From the NCBI RefSeq assembly GCF_006345805.1, contig NC_043009.1, positions 16,430,001 through 16,494,000 of the forward strand: a DNA stretch of 64,000 bases, written 5' to 3'. A program made the position numbers and the translations under genes. This DNA is from Octopus sinensis. Its lineage: Eukaryota. Positions 11,893-24,888 of this stretch are shown one piece after another (position 1 is the first letter of the stretch; the number at the start of each line of letters is the position of its first letter). The notes beneath the pieces were generated by a model. That model was not told the DNA's origin and made no database searches. It saw only the letters and a program-made list of their open reading frames with translations.

Positions 11893-12350
11893 CTAGCAGC
11901 ATAGCTCGACGTTGCCCGGGTATGTAAGAGCCCCTAGTAGGCAACGACTAATCCCAATCTAGTCCTTTCCCTCTAGGGGACGAAGGCGCATGTGTAGGTT
12001 GCAATGTCTTCTCTTCACTCGAATACTTCTGTGTATACGATGTTCCTAGCTGTCCCTTTGGGCGAAAACATGATAACATCATTGCGCCTCCCAACGCGTG
12101 AACAGCCCACGTACAGCCCAGAAAATGTGTTTCATGTAAAAAGCTTAGATTCTCGACCCCACGTCGAATTTATCGATTTTTTCAGAACTGGGGGAACTTT
12201 TCAAAATTTTCGTTGCATTAGTTTTGAATTATGACATTGGGCTATGTGTGTGTCAAGTTTCATCAGAATCGGTTGAAAGCCGTGGTCAGGGTGAGGGTAC
12301 AACCTGACAGACACACAGACACCCAGACAGACAAACTGCCGTTTATATAG

Positions 12351-12351
<1 letters not shown>
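11893..12351 (-). mobile_element. Short non-autonomous Helitron of the same family, head-to-tail with 8579-11890
   Basis: Same CTAG/hairpin end; 11930-12115 repeats ~8975-9152 and 12140-12330 repeats 11688-11870; 5' TC at 12351. Confidence 0.9.
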
Positions 12352-12390
<39 letters not shown>

Positions 12391-12485
12391 TTCTGTATAA
12401 TTATTATAATTATATAAAAAGAAAAATACTAACTACTACAGTAATCCTCCCTTCTCAGCACATGAAATATGTAAGTACCTATACT

Positions 12486-12699
12486 CTCTCTTACTCTTTA
12501 CTCTTACTTGTTTCAGTCATTTGACTGCGGCCATGCTGGAGCACCGCCTTTAGTCGGGCAAATCGACCCCGGGACTTATTCTTTGTAAGCCCAGTACTTA
12601 TTCTATCGGTCTCTTTTGCCGAACCGCTAAGTGACGGGGACGTAAACACACCAGCATCGGTTGTCAAGCAATGCTAGGGGGACAAACACAGACGCACAA

Positions 12700-12787
<88 letters not shown>

Positions 12788-12945
12788 GACAGGCTTCTTT
12801 CAGTTTCCGTCTACCAAATCCACTCACAAAGCATTGGTCGGCCCGGGGCTATAGCAGAAGACACTTGCCCAAGATGCCACGCAGTGGGGCTGAACCCGGA
12901 ACCATGTGGCTGGTAAGCGAGCTACTTACCACACAGCCACTCCTG
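12486..12945 (-). mobile_element. SINE family A, full length, with internal (TA)n
   Basis: tRNA-like head with A box TGGCTGTGTGG and B box GGTTCAGCCCC, CORE-like CTTGGGCAAGT, GAGTAA-type tail; about nine copies in the window. Confidence 0.92.
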
Positions 12946-13563
12946 TTTGTACGTAAATGTGTGTGTGTGTGTGCTCCTCATTTATATACCTTTTCATTCC
13001 ATTATTATTTCTTTCGATAATTTTCTCTTTCTTCTGTTTATACTTTATCTAATAAGAATAATATAATACACCTAATAATAATAATAATAATAATAATTCA
13101 TTCCTTTGTATACATATACATATATATATATACATATATAAATGTATAAATATGTTTTTATGTATATTTATGCATATGTATGTGTATGTAAAAGTGTGTA
13201 TATATAAAAGTGTGTATTTTTATTTATAACTTAACCTTATGAACTTTCTAAGCTCTCTGGCGAACTCCAGAGGCACACCCAAGTACCTTGATCTTATCTA
13301 CCAAATACTTCAGTTCACTGAAGGTACGGAAGTAAAGTGGGGCACTATAACCTCTTGGCTGAAACAGCTGTTAGAAACTATTCTACATTCTATGTTCTAT
13401 ATATTTTAATAATTACTGGTATTTTTATATATGTAAAGCATAATATGTTATACATGTATGTATAATATTATAATTGGGTTTTTTTTAATAAATAAATAGA
13501 CATAATATTACGTCTAAAAGTTGATGAATACCACCTCTTGATCCCCTCCATTTTCTTATTGCC

Positions 13564-13629
<66 letters not shown>

Positions 13630-13659
13630 GACCTTAAACTGTATCCGCTAATGGATCCT

Positions 13660-13790
13660 TTGTTCAGGAATTTCAGTTTATAGAGGAGTGTGGGACCAGC
13701 TCTTAGCCACTGTTGTTCCACGTCTACTCTGAACCAAAGCAGTAACACCTGTCAGGTTTCCAGGTATGAATTAACTAGCACATGTCCAAT
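13660..13790 (+). repeat. Unclassified interspersed repeat, homologous to 62070-62200
   Basis: Shared blocks GTTCAGGAATTTCA, CTCTTAGCC..TGTTGTTCC, AGTA.CACCTGTCAGG and TTAACTAG. Confidence 0.7.
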
Positions 13791-15819
13791 GTGGTCTCAA
13801 TAAATTTTACTGTGAAACTGAAATACTCTAGCTGTTATATGAACTGCACGGGAACGCAGACATACACATTGTTGGTTTCAAGGCGTCCAGTAAAACCACA
13901 GGGAGTGAGCGGCCCCAAACTGTTGTATCAAGATCCTTCTAAGAAGGATGTAAAACATGCAGTTTCACAGGATTATTGGCCATCTCACCTCCACCTGTCC
14001 CCAGGTACTAATCACGAAGACTCAGAGAATGGTACTCGTGTTCTACAAGCATTTATCACTATAATCCAGTGACCTACAAATGTCTTTTTATCTTATTCGT
14101 CATTCCATCAGCTGAAATTTCTATGGCAACGGAGCGCTTAGTAAGTTACAATTTTTGTCTGTCACCTATGCGTCAAACCTTGTAAATCTGCAACGCAACT
14201 GATTAGTCACTTGAAAGGTCATGGGTGTAAGGTAGAAATATTATCGACAGCGAAGAAGTGCAACGAGACGGCAATCATCGGTGAAAGTGGAACATTCACC
14301 ATGTATTTATGTATATATGTATGTGTGTGCATGAATGTATGTATGTACGTACACACACATATAAAACATGTGTGTGTGTGTGTGTGAATGTATGTATATA
14401 CGTACATACACACACATATATATAACGTGTGTGTGTGCGTGCGTTTGTGTGTATCAAATGAAATTTCTGCAACCAAGATTCCAAAGACGATCACGAACTT
14501 AGTTGACAGGGAGTTCACCTTCATAATACGTCACATAATACATCACTCCACAAACATAAAAAGAATATTGTGGATTAGATAAATACTTGTTTCGTTTTTG
14601 AGTGGTTTTTTACTATGAAAACAAGTACGTGAACTTCAGAAATAAAGTTATAGAACTTTATCATATTTTCGAATATGAAACTCAAACCTTAGGTAAACAA
14701 TAATAAGTGAGGACATTTAAGTTGTATTTTGAAAGTGTTTTGTCCTTTGAGACTAAGAATATGTCTCATAACTTTATAGCAGCTAATGTTATATGTCAGA
14801 TGATTAAATATATAAAAAGAGATTAATAATTGTTTGAAACACGACCGCCTGTTATACTTTGTTTAAAGACCTTTCACATCATAGATTATTCAAACGTATC
14901 AAAGCATTTTCCCTCGTGATGTTAGGCTCCACGCAGTGCTTGCGCCTGTGGTCTCCAGAGAAATACCACAATGTCCTGTGGCAGCATGTAGTTGTTTAAC
15001 TTGAATCTGTATATCGCTGTTTAAAGTTTTGTTTAAGTATTCAATGACATACAATATTTCCCATTAGCGAACCGAAAAACTAATTAATTAATTAATAAAA
15101 TGTAGTCATAACTGAATTAATATTGCTTTTACAGATAGCATTTCCTTATTTGTAACAGTATCATGACAAATTATAAGGTTAGTTTCATTTTCTTGTGGTT
15201 AGTCACCGAGAACAAAATGGTTGCTATGGTAAATATATTGATTTCCTTCACTAGGAACAAGATACGATTTTTACAGAACATCGGACATTCAATAGATTTT
15301 TAGATTTATTTTATCAAAATAAAAATGATCAGAGATAAAACTGACGCTTCAGAATTTGGCTTCAAACAGGGCGTATGTGAAATTAAAGCGACCTCAGTTA
15401 GAAAAGTAACTTTTTTTGTTGCAATGTCTCATTACTGTAGTCAAGAAAACTCAGCTGATAAGAAATTCAACCAGACGCAAATACCCACAGCCCAACCCAG
15501 TATTCTTGTACCTGTCCCATCCTCCAATTTATGATAGGGCTACGCATATAATCGAGTCATATTATTTAAAAGATGAAATTTAATAAATCTCTCAATCCTT
15601 AAACGGAAGCTCTGTTTAAAAGTTTCTTTTATTGTATTTATTATTTTTTTAATATTCAAAAACAGTGGATTAATCAATAACAGGCTAAAATCTCCCATTG
15701 CATTTCAAGGTTGGAAAGAAACAAATGCTTCTTTGGTTTAATTGATATATATATTATATTTAATCGAGATATTTCCATTCATTATTGATAATACACAACC
15801 AGCATAAAGATGAACGAAA

Positions 15820-15995
15820 ATAGCGGCATTTCTTCCCTCTTAGTTCTGAGTTCAAATGCTACCAAGGTTGACTTTACCTTTCATCCTTTTGGTGTCGATG
15901 AATTATGCACCGATTTGGCCCCGGGGTTAATGTAATCGACCCCCCCCCCCGACCTCACTCAGAATTTCAGGCCTTGTGCCTATAGCATAAAGGAT
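15820..15995 (+). mobile_element. SINE family B, degenerate partial copy
   Basis: GTTCTGAGTTCAAA B box and GACTTT.CCTTTCATCCTTT.GG.GTCGAT central domain. Confidence 0.75.
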
Positions 15996-16124
15996 TATTG
16001 ATTACATAATCCCATCTATTTGGCAAATAGGGCGTAAAATTCTTCAGGTTTCGAAACAAGGAAATACTCAATATCATTTTTAACCTCTTCACAATTGATA
16101 AATAGTTTTCCCTCTAAATAATTC

Positions 16125-16327
16125 TTTCTGTTGTAAGCACAAGGCCTCAAATTTGGGAGAGGAGACCAGTCGATTACATGGAAACCAGTGATCCACTGAT
16201 TATCGATCCCGAAAGGATGAAAGACAAAGTCGACCTTGGTGGAATTTGAACTCAGAACGTAGCGATGGACGAAATACCGCTAAATATTTCGTCCGGCGTA
16301 CTAACGATTCTGCCAGCTCGCCGCCCC
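16125..16327 (-). mobile_element. SINE family B
   Basis: Head GGCGGCGAGCTGGCAGAATCGTTAG, B box GAGTTCAAATTCC and central domain as in 24889-25120. Confidence 0.88.
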
Positions 16328-16329
16328 CT

Positions 16330-16870
16330 AAATAATGTTGCAATAACCTGAAAATATGACATTTAGACGGAGCAATGCCAGGAGAGTAAAGAAGATGATG
16401 CAAACTTTCATATTTAGTACTATAATCTTTTCGTGGGTGATTTAGGTAATATGCTGTCTTGCGTTTTTGTACACAAGCAACACACATTTACGACTGGCCA
16501 ATGATGAGCGCTTTTCCAGCAGTTTTTTGCTCAATGCTTTTTCGTTTTGGTTTAAGACGTCATGATAGACGACAGCCTTCACATCTTTCCAAACACAGGG
16601 CATAACTTTTTCTCGGATGTAGTCCCGGTTTCAAGGTGGATTCTCCTTTTCGTTGACTGCTAACCATTTTCGTTTTTTAGTTGGATTATAAAGAATCCAC
16701 TTTTCATCATCTGTAGTGATTCTACTCAGAAAAGGCCAAAGATGAGCAGAGGATAACTCTTTAATTAAGCTGGGAAGCTTAATTAAAGATGATGAGGGAA
16801 CTACCGACTAAGTTTAGACACTTCTCGTAGTTCATAAAGTTGTTGCATGACTAAAGAGTGACTTGAACAC
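16330..16870 (-). mobile_element. Decayed mariner transposase fragment
   Basis: HLLYSPGIAPSKCHIFRLLQHYL resembles the mariner HPPYSPDLAPSDFHLF motif; remnants of the ITTDDEKWI first-Asp region near 16690-16720. Confidence 0.7.
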
Positions 16871-16890
16871 TTTTGCTAATTCTCGTACGG

Positions 16891-17064
16891 TAGGCGTGAC
16901 TGTGTGCTAAGAAGTTTGCTTCCTAACCACATGGTTTCGGGTTCTGTCCCACTACGTGGCACTTTGGGCAATTCCGACCCAAAACTTGCGCGTAGATTTG
17001 ATGTAGAGAAACTGAAAGAAGACCGTCGTGTGTGTGTGTGTGTGTGCGTGTGTGTGCGTGTGTG

Positions 17065-17099
<35 letters not shown>

Positions 17100-17408
17100 G
17101 TATGTGTGTGTGTGTTTGTGTGTGCGTGTGTGTATGTGTGTGTGCGCGCGTGTGTGTGTGTGTGCGTGCGTGTGTGTCTGTATGTATGTGTATGTGTCTG
17201 TGTGCATGTTTTTGTGACTGCGGTTGTTCCTCACCACTTGACAACTGGTGTTGGTGTATTTACGACCCGTATCTTAGCAGTTCGGCAAAAGAAACCGATA
17301 GAATAAGTACCAGGCCTTGCAAAAAGTAATAAGTACTAGGGTTTATTCGCTCGACTAAAAGCGGTGCTCTAGCATGGCTGCAGTTTAATGACTGAAACAA
17401 GTGGAAGA
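16891..17408 (+). mobile_element. SINE family A with expanded internal (GT)n
   Basis: Head and tail match the other family A copies. Confidence 0.88.
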
Positions 17409-17665
17409 TAACTACGGTTTTCAGAAGCTCAATATTGACAGAACTTGGTCGCTCAGATCGAGGGGAATCTACAAGAGAAAAATTTCCCGAAACTGGTCTA
17501 ATTATCATTGGCATGTCCAGATACTTTAAGCTTCTTTTCCACAGAGGGAATGAATATTTCTGGCCGGTTCCATTGCTTGAACCGCCTGTCTTTAAATTCT
17601 TACAGTATACGGTGTTTGATATGAATCTGATTTAAACAAAGAAACAAAAACGAAATTAGAATGTA

Positions 17666-18532
17666 CGAGGTGGTATGAAAAAGTTCCCGGACTAGTTTTG
17701 TAACACACCAACAGATGCCAGCACACAGCTGCTTGCATGGTGAGAGCTAGCAACGAACTTCATGAAGCTATGTCCCAAGTAACATCGCTGAGTTTATTTT
17801 GCAAGTTGTGAAATTTGTATTTTTGTCATCATGTGTCTGTGTAGTCTGTGATTTTTGTTAAGGACAGGACATTGAAACAGAGGGCCAACAGGAAATTTTA
17901 CGTTAAACTTGGAAAAAGTGAGCATACTTCGGCAATGTTTCGAGTGGTACAGGCGCTTCAAAAGGCACGACAGAGCCGCAAGCTCAATTAAGAGCATGCT
18001 CATTGCTTCTTTTCGACATCCGCGGTATTGTGCATCGAGATTTCGTCCTTCAAGACCAGACCGTCAATCGAGAATTCTACTGCGACGTTTTGAAGTGTTT
18101 GAGGGAGGATATTCGGCGAAAGCAACCGGATCTGTGGAGCGCGAAGAATTGGATTCTCACGATGACAATGCACCGACACCGAGCTCTCCTCAGTTGTAAG
18201 TTTCTCCCCCAAAACAACATGGTATTGCTTCCGCACCCGCTCTATTCAGCAGATTTAGCACCTGTGGACTTCCATCTCTTCCCCAAGAGGAAAATGCAGC
18301 TCAAAGGTCACCGTTTTAATACCGTAGTCGAGATCCAGGACGAATCGCGGAAGGTGATCGAATTGCTTATAGAAAAAAGACTTCCGGGCCGGATTCCAAA
18401 AGTGGCAGAAACGCTGGGACCGGTGTACTGATGCGCAAGGTGAGTATTTCAAAGGAGATGATGTTAAAACTTAGGTAAATATGTAATTTTTTATTAAACA
18501 TAAATAGTCCGTGAACCTTTTTATACTACCTT
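17666..18532 (+). mobile_element. Internally deleted mariner (family M1)
   Basis: TIRs CGAGGTGGTATGAAAAAGTTCCCGGACTA / TAGTCCGTGAACCTTTTTATACTACC; ORF 18003-18431 with FDIRGIVH and HPLYSADLAPVDFHLFPK. Confidence 0.92.
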
Positions 18533-18959
18533 ACTAAAGTCAATGTTTATTTTATCTTAAATAGTGAAAAAGTAACCCCAGAGTGTTCATGTCAAATATA
18601 CGACAGCATTTTCTTTCTAGCCCCTTGCTATAAATTAGGGTTAGGGTTGAATGAATCATAGTTCATATTTATATCATACAAGCCTACTTATAAACATGCC
18701 TAGATTAGTAATAAAGAGTAGTATTTCGATACTTTCAGGTTTTGCTCGTACGCAGCCGTGTCACGTGTCAGACTGAAAAACAAATACCATGTAAAGTTCG
18801 CAAATCTGAATAAGTTCGTGTACCATTGAGAGGGATGAGTTTTAAATGTTTGGTCAAAGACATTCTTCGGAAAAATATAATCGAATGTTTTCGGTAGAAC
18901 CGACAAAGAGAATAAAAGGGTACCATTTCAAATTCTGCCCAGAATGTTAGAATTACGAC

Positions 18960-19140
18960 ACAGAAGATCAAGTGGCTCCTCGACCTGCTCGCAATAACAA
19001 CCAAATCGCTCTAAAATCAAACGCTACTGTATTATATGAAATGGGTACATTAGATAATGTAGTCCTACATACACTTAACAAACGCTAGCATTTGATCATA
19101 GCTCTACTTGATCATACTTGACCTGGCACTAAACAACAAT
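18960..19140 (+). repeat. Interspersed repeat 3' tail (related decayed inverted copy at ~25335-25540)
   Basis: Ends in TGACCTGG..CTAAACAACAA; the reverse-strand relative begins TTGTTTAGCC. Confidence 0.45.
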
Positions 19141-19355
19141 GACACTTGCGAACTTGCACATTTTATTGCTTTTTATTTTATTTTGTGTTGTTTGTTTTGT
19201 TTTGTTTTTGTTTTCTTTTTTTTTTGCTGATGTAGATTTCCATTGTTTGTTTCGTAATCAGGTTTTATAATTTTACTTGGGTGCAATCCATGTGAGAACC
19301 AGAGAAGGTTATGTGTAGAAATACATTTCATGACCAAAACATTAAGCAGTTGTAC

Positions 19356-19544
19356 TATGAAGGAGTGCGAAAAGTTCCTGGTTTTCATGTCATCGTAAAA
19401 TGCCTGGCTGGATGCCTGACCTTCCGAACTCTTTTATAAGTGTGTGAAGCCGAGAGGGAAATATGTTGAATAGAATTGTAATTACATGATCGTCCAGTAT
19501 TTTTCTTTTACCCAAAGCCAGGAACTTTTCAGCATCCCCTTGTA
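19356..19544. mobile_element. Mariner-derived MITE (~185 bp)
   Basis: TIRs AAGGAGTGCGAAAAGTTCCTGGTTT / AAAGCCAGGAACTTTTCAGCATCCCCTT, flanked by TA. Confidence 0.8.
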
Positions 19545-20091
19545 TATATTCACACTGTTTAACTGGTATTTAGTATATCTTATAATGAAGAGCAAATGAA
19601 ATATATTAACTTTTTCCTAAAATGTCACCCACATGTTATAATTAAGCAGTTAAACAGATGATATTAATGTAATTTGATGTGTTATTTAGTGAGTCAATTG
19701 CTATTACTTCGACATGTTATAATCACGATGCACTTCCGCTGAGAAGTTTCAAGCCAAATCCCTCCGAACTTGCCCCAAATAGTTACAGATAAGATAAAAA
19801 TAATGTCAGTAATTAACTAAAATTAATTTGCTATTACCAGTTTTTGTTACATGTACAACTGTATATTTGAGAAGTTCATTTCGCAAGCGATTCATGCTTC
19901 CAACAGTCGGCAAGGCATCTTAGTCAAGTTTCGTTTACTATAACCAATAACTTATGAGCGGAATTCGGTCAGTGGGAATTCCACAGAGGTAAGTCTATAT
20001 ATGAGTCTTAGGCTGGCGTAAACCTACCTAAAAGCTATTGCTGTTTTTTTTTTCTTTTTTATTTTGTGTTTTCTGAATATTCCATAATAGA

Positions 20092-20345
20092 TAAGGTGGC
20101 GAGCTGGCAGAATCGTTAACATGCCGTATTAAAATGCTTAGCGGCATTTTATCTGTCTTCGTGTTCTGAGTTCAAATTTCGCCCAGGTCGACTTTGCCTT
20201 TCATTCTTTCGGGGTCGATAAAATGAGTACCAGTTGAGCACTGGGATCGATTTAGCCAACTTACCCTGCCCACCGAAATATCTGGCCTTCGAATCCCTAA
20301 TACAGGGATCCAATAAACAGATGTCGATAAAATAAGGACCAAAAG
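20092..20345 (+). mobile_element. SINE family B, diverged
   Basis: AAGGTGGCGAGCTGGCAGAATCGTT head; GTCGACTTTGCCTTTCATTCTTTCGGGGTCGATAAAATGAGTACCAG domain. Confidence 0.88.
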
Positions 20346-22384
20346 AGAATGAGCATTGCTGTCCAAACAATAGATTATACTTCAAAGGCCGGGTCACAGA
20401 AGGGCCGTAGTTAAAGAGTGAAAGCAGCAAAAGAAGAAACATATGTATGTCATTATACTTTCCGTGCTTATTGTTATAATGACCAGTAAAGATGATCAAT
20501 GTCGAATATAGCTCTCATTGGATACTGTAAATAAAGGATCTTGTAATGGGATACTACCTTTACATTGTGCTCTTTTTACTAATTGCTGCAGTCAGCTACC
20601 ATGCTTTACTGTAATTCAGAATAATGTCAATTCTACAACAGAAATAACGCAGATTCATTTCATAGCAATTTACAGAGACTTGAAGGAATTTTCCTACTTG
20701 AAACATAACTTTCTAGATCACCTCTAGCATAATAATAAAGTACTCTCAATCTGCGAACTTCTTTTCTCTAGTTACTTGACCATTTTGATATTGAGTGTCA
20801 TGTCTGGCACTGCATCTCTGGCACTTCATTATAGGCAGTCCAGTCGTTATTAGAAGACACAAAATTTTTTAAAAAGCTGGATGCTCTCAGAAAACTTTTC
20901 TTCATGGGTTTGCTCGATCTTGACTGGCGTGGGGCAGAACAACAACTGTCTCAAAAAGAAATTTTTAAAAAATACAATATTACTTGTTCTATCTTGAAAA
21001 AGCATTGTTGATTATATATTATTGGCATTATTTTATCGATTTCAGAAGTAAAACAACAGTTTCGAATGCGTCAAGATTTGAACCCAACATATATGCTGTA
21101 AAACATCTATTTTGATACCCAACTCTTTAGACCACCACCAATTATTAACGACCTATAAGGCCAATGTGGTGTATAGTATTGCTTCGAGAAGGAGTAGTAT
21201 CTTTGTAACCTAATCATGCCGCACACGTTGGTTAAAATAATTTTACTACATAGAAGCACTGATCTCTTACAACTCTCAGTTATAGCTTCAACAAATTAGT
21301 ATTGAACATTGGTAGCCATTCCACGGTTCTTCGATTCGGCTGGTGAGCTAAATTTAGCAGGATATATCAGAATCCCCGAATGGATTATTGCATAGGGGAT
21401 GGCAACAGAAGTATCTGTGTCAAATTAAAGATTAATGGTTCTGAATGCATGACAGTAAGATATGCGACACATCAATGACACTCTCTAGATGTAAATGCGC
21501 AGTAAAAAAAGAACATACAATAAATAATGGGGGGAATTAAATGTAAAGTTGCCCGCGTAAATAACGTTAATACAACAGGTCGAAATGGATTAGGTGGAAG
21601 AAATGAAAGAAATAATCAACTATTCGTTTTCTTTTCCAAGAAATATTTTATCAATGACTAACACACTGCTCCAACAACCACCAAGAAAATTATTCACGTG
21701 GAAAAGTCCAAATGACATGATAGCAAATCGGGCAGACTACAATCTGATAAACCAACGGCTTAGAAAGTGTGTGAAACTTGCAAAAACATTTCCTGTGGCA
21801 GATATATATTGAAACCATACTTCAATGGTAATTATATTACAAATCAAATTTAAGAAAATGAAATAGCTAAAGGAAGAGAACAATTGAACTTAAATTTGCT
21901 AAAATAGACAGAACACAAACAAAGCTAAAATATATCTGTAAAAATACGAAACAATTATGAATATTTTCACAATAAAAAATAAATACAACAATAGAATAAA
22001 CAAACCAATGGAAGGAGAAAATATAACATTTAAAGCTAACATGTAAACATTGTTAAAGAGAAAACTGGCCGAAAGGGGAAAAGGAAAAGAAGAAAAAGTG
22101 GATGACTGGACAGATTCTATCGAAAATTAAAGAAAGAAATACAATAATAAAGATCAAGACAGATATAGCAGTTTAAGTGAGACAAAAAGTAAGGGAGACT
22201 AGAAAAGTATAAAAGCAAAAACCAGTTGAAAAACAACTTCAAAAGCAGCAGAAATTTTTTAATGAAATCACAAAATAGCAAATGTATGAGTAAACAAGGT
22301 GGTAGCATTAAGGATCGAATGGGGGAATCCTGGGATCGTGAATAGATTGCATCGAGACGGTGTCCTTATTCTTTTTCTCTTTTA

Positions 22385-22562
22385 TCTTTTACTTGTTTCA
22401 ACCATTAGACTACGGCCATGCTGGACATCGCCTTGAAGAACTTTTAGTTGAACGAATCAACCCCAGTACTGACACTTATTCTATCGATCTATTTGGTCGA
22501 ACTGCTATCACCGGTTGTCAAGCGGTGGGCGGAGGGGCACATACAGACACAGACACAAAGAT

Positions 22563-22621
<59 letters not shown>

Positions 22622-23300
22622 TATATATATATCGACTAGATTCGCTCACAAAGCTTTAGTCGGCCCAAGGTGTAGTAGAAGACACTTTCCCAAAGTCCCA
22701 CCGAACCCGGAACCATGTGGTTGGGAAGCTAACTTCTTATTTCTTTACTGCCCACAAGGGGCTACACACAGAGGGGACAAACAAGGACAGACAAACGGAT
22801 TAAGTTGATTATATCGACCCCAGGGCGTAACTGGTATTTATTTAATCGACCCTGAAAGTATGAAAGGCAAAGTCGATCCCGGCGGCATTTAAACTCAGAA
22901 CATGAAGACAGACGAAATACCTATTTCTTTACTACCCACAAGGGGCTAAACACAGAGAGGACAAACAAGGACAGACAAGCGGATTAAGTCGATTACATCG
23001 ACCCCAGTGCGCAACTGGTGCTTAATTTATCGACCCCGAAAAGATGAAAGGCAAAGTCGACCTCGGCGGAATTTGAACTCAGAACGTAACGCAGACGAAA
23101 TACCGCTAAACATTTCGCCCGGCGTGCTAACGTTTCTGCCAGCTCGCCGCCTTTTTTTTTTTTTCTCAGATAAAAAAATTGGCTTGTAAGACAAGGAATG
23201 TCTTCATATATCGATAAGATGGGGAAAGAATTTTGTAATCATCACTGCTAACTTCTTACCACACAACCAGACCGCCTACGCCTCTACACAGCCACGCCTG
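22385..23300 (-). mobile_element. SINE family A split by a family B insertion (22740-23246)
   Basis: The family A head stops at GCTAACTTCTTA (22728-22739) and resumes with the same 12-mer at 23247-23258, followed by CCACAC. Confidence 0.85.
22740..23152 (-). mobile_element. Two tandem or nested SINE family B units
   Basis: Tail TTTCTTTACT.CCCACAAGGGGCT at 22740 and again at ~22925; single head ending at 23152. Confidence 0.9.
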
Positions 23301-24888
23301 AACTTATATTGGTAAAAAGAGACAATTCCCAGTTTCAAAGCTGCTAACAACAACAAAAGCTTAAAATAAGGAGAAAAGGCAATAAACTCAGTGAAAGTTG
23401 AAAAGGCTATGAGAGTCGATGAAATATTAGTACTAAAAGCATCCTAGATCTAACAACAGGCTTATATAATGTAATATATGAAAATACAAAGATCCAACCG
23501 AAATGAAACAACGTCTTTCTTCCAGAACTAATGAATCCAAAAGATCAAACTGTGTGATGTGTCATGTAACTAAATTACCGATAAAAAAAAACCATCCAAC
23601 AACCAATTACATCAAGAATGAAGGAAGAAATAAATCAACTAAAAAGTGAAGTTTGCTCTTTGAATGGAAACTCGTGAAGGAACGTTTAACCCAACAGATA
23701 TCTGTGAAAGAGTCCTAGACAAGTCACGATTATAACATATATTTTATAGACTCCGCCAAGACTTTTGACATGTAATGATGGTCCAGTGTCATCAGAACTG
23801 GAGATATGTGATGAAAACTTCCAAATAATAATGTACAGTAAGCAATAAGCGTAGTGAGAGCTGAACGATGGGGCGAAAATCTCAAAATTTGACATTAATA
23901 AAAACATCGGGCTAGGCTGTGTACTACATTCTGGCATATTTTAGCAATACACTGAAATCTTCAAAGAAATAGAAGATACAACGGGAGTATTTGCATGAAG
24001 TGTAGTCATTAACAACCTTAGATATGCAGATATTGCTATATTAACTTCCAAAGATTACTTACCTAATCTTGTAACCACAAAGAAATGACAAAGGAGTGCC
24101 TGATGGAATTGAAATAAATGTAAAGAAAATAATATCCATATTGATACCCAAGAAACAAAAGCCATCTAAAATCAATGTTATAATTGATTGAAAACTAATT
24201 GAACTGACACCAAAAATGATATACCTGAGATATATGTAGTCAGAAAACGGAAAATGTGAGGCAGACATCAAAAGAAAGATCCGGATGGTTAGGAAATCAT
24301 TTGAAAATATGTCAAACATACTAACATCAAAAGGCATTAATATCGAAACCAGAAAAAAAATATTATTGAGGTGTTATTTATAAACCAGGTACTAGAATAG
24401 ATGGAACTGAAGTATGGACATTACCAAAATAGATTAAGAAGCCTTTCAGCTCTGGGTTTAAAGAAAACATTCGAGAACATCATTGACAGATCATAAAACC
24501 AATGGTGAAATACTAAGAATGGAAAAAAAAGACTAAGAAAATTTCATTAGATGCCATCAAAAAGAGAAAGCACATATTTCGGACACTTAATTAGAAAAAA
24601 ATAGTTTACAGCGACTGTTCATAGAAGACAAAATATAAATGGAAAAAGAGGGAAAGTAACACCAAACAGCAAATGTATAAGGACAGTAGAAAACCGAGAT
24701 GGTGGTGGTGGTCGTGGTGAGGAGGAGGAGGATTTACACTACCTAGTTCGGTAATGCGCTATCAGAAATCAGAAATCCTGCCAGATTTCTCCACCTGGTG
24801 TATAATTGGGTAGAATCCTTTAGAAATAGTGATTCTGTGTCTAATAAAAGGAAGCAACTAATCAGGTATGAAGCAAGCGCTGGCAGGT

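Larger units (their letters stand above)
21480..24700 (+). mobile_element. Heavily decayed RTE-type LINE, interrupted by SINEs at 22385-23300
   Basis: FTWKSPND..NRADYNLI and KTFPVADI (APE), FIDSAKTFD (~23745), INNLRYADI (~24010), and a C-terminal FGHLIR / GKRGK remnant (~24580-24655). Confidence 0.75.

Noticed and set aside
13310-13380. Hammerhead-like GAAACAGCTGTT with upstream CTGAAGG
   Set aside because: The core is not CTGANGA and stem II does not form; treated only as a relic.
13987-14072. Possible minus-strand exon with AG/GT ends
   Set aside because: Stop codons in all three frames.
14455-14524. Signal-peptide-like MKVNSLSTKFVIVFGILVAEISF on the minus strand
   Set aside because: Runs into microsatellite with no convincing splice donor; unsupported.
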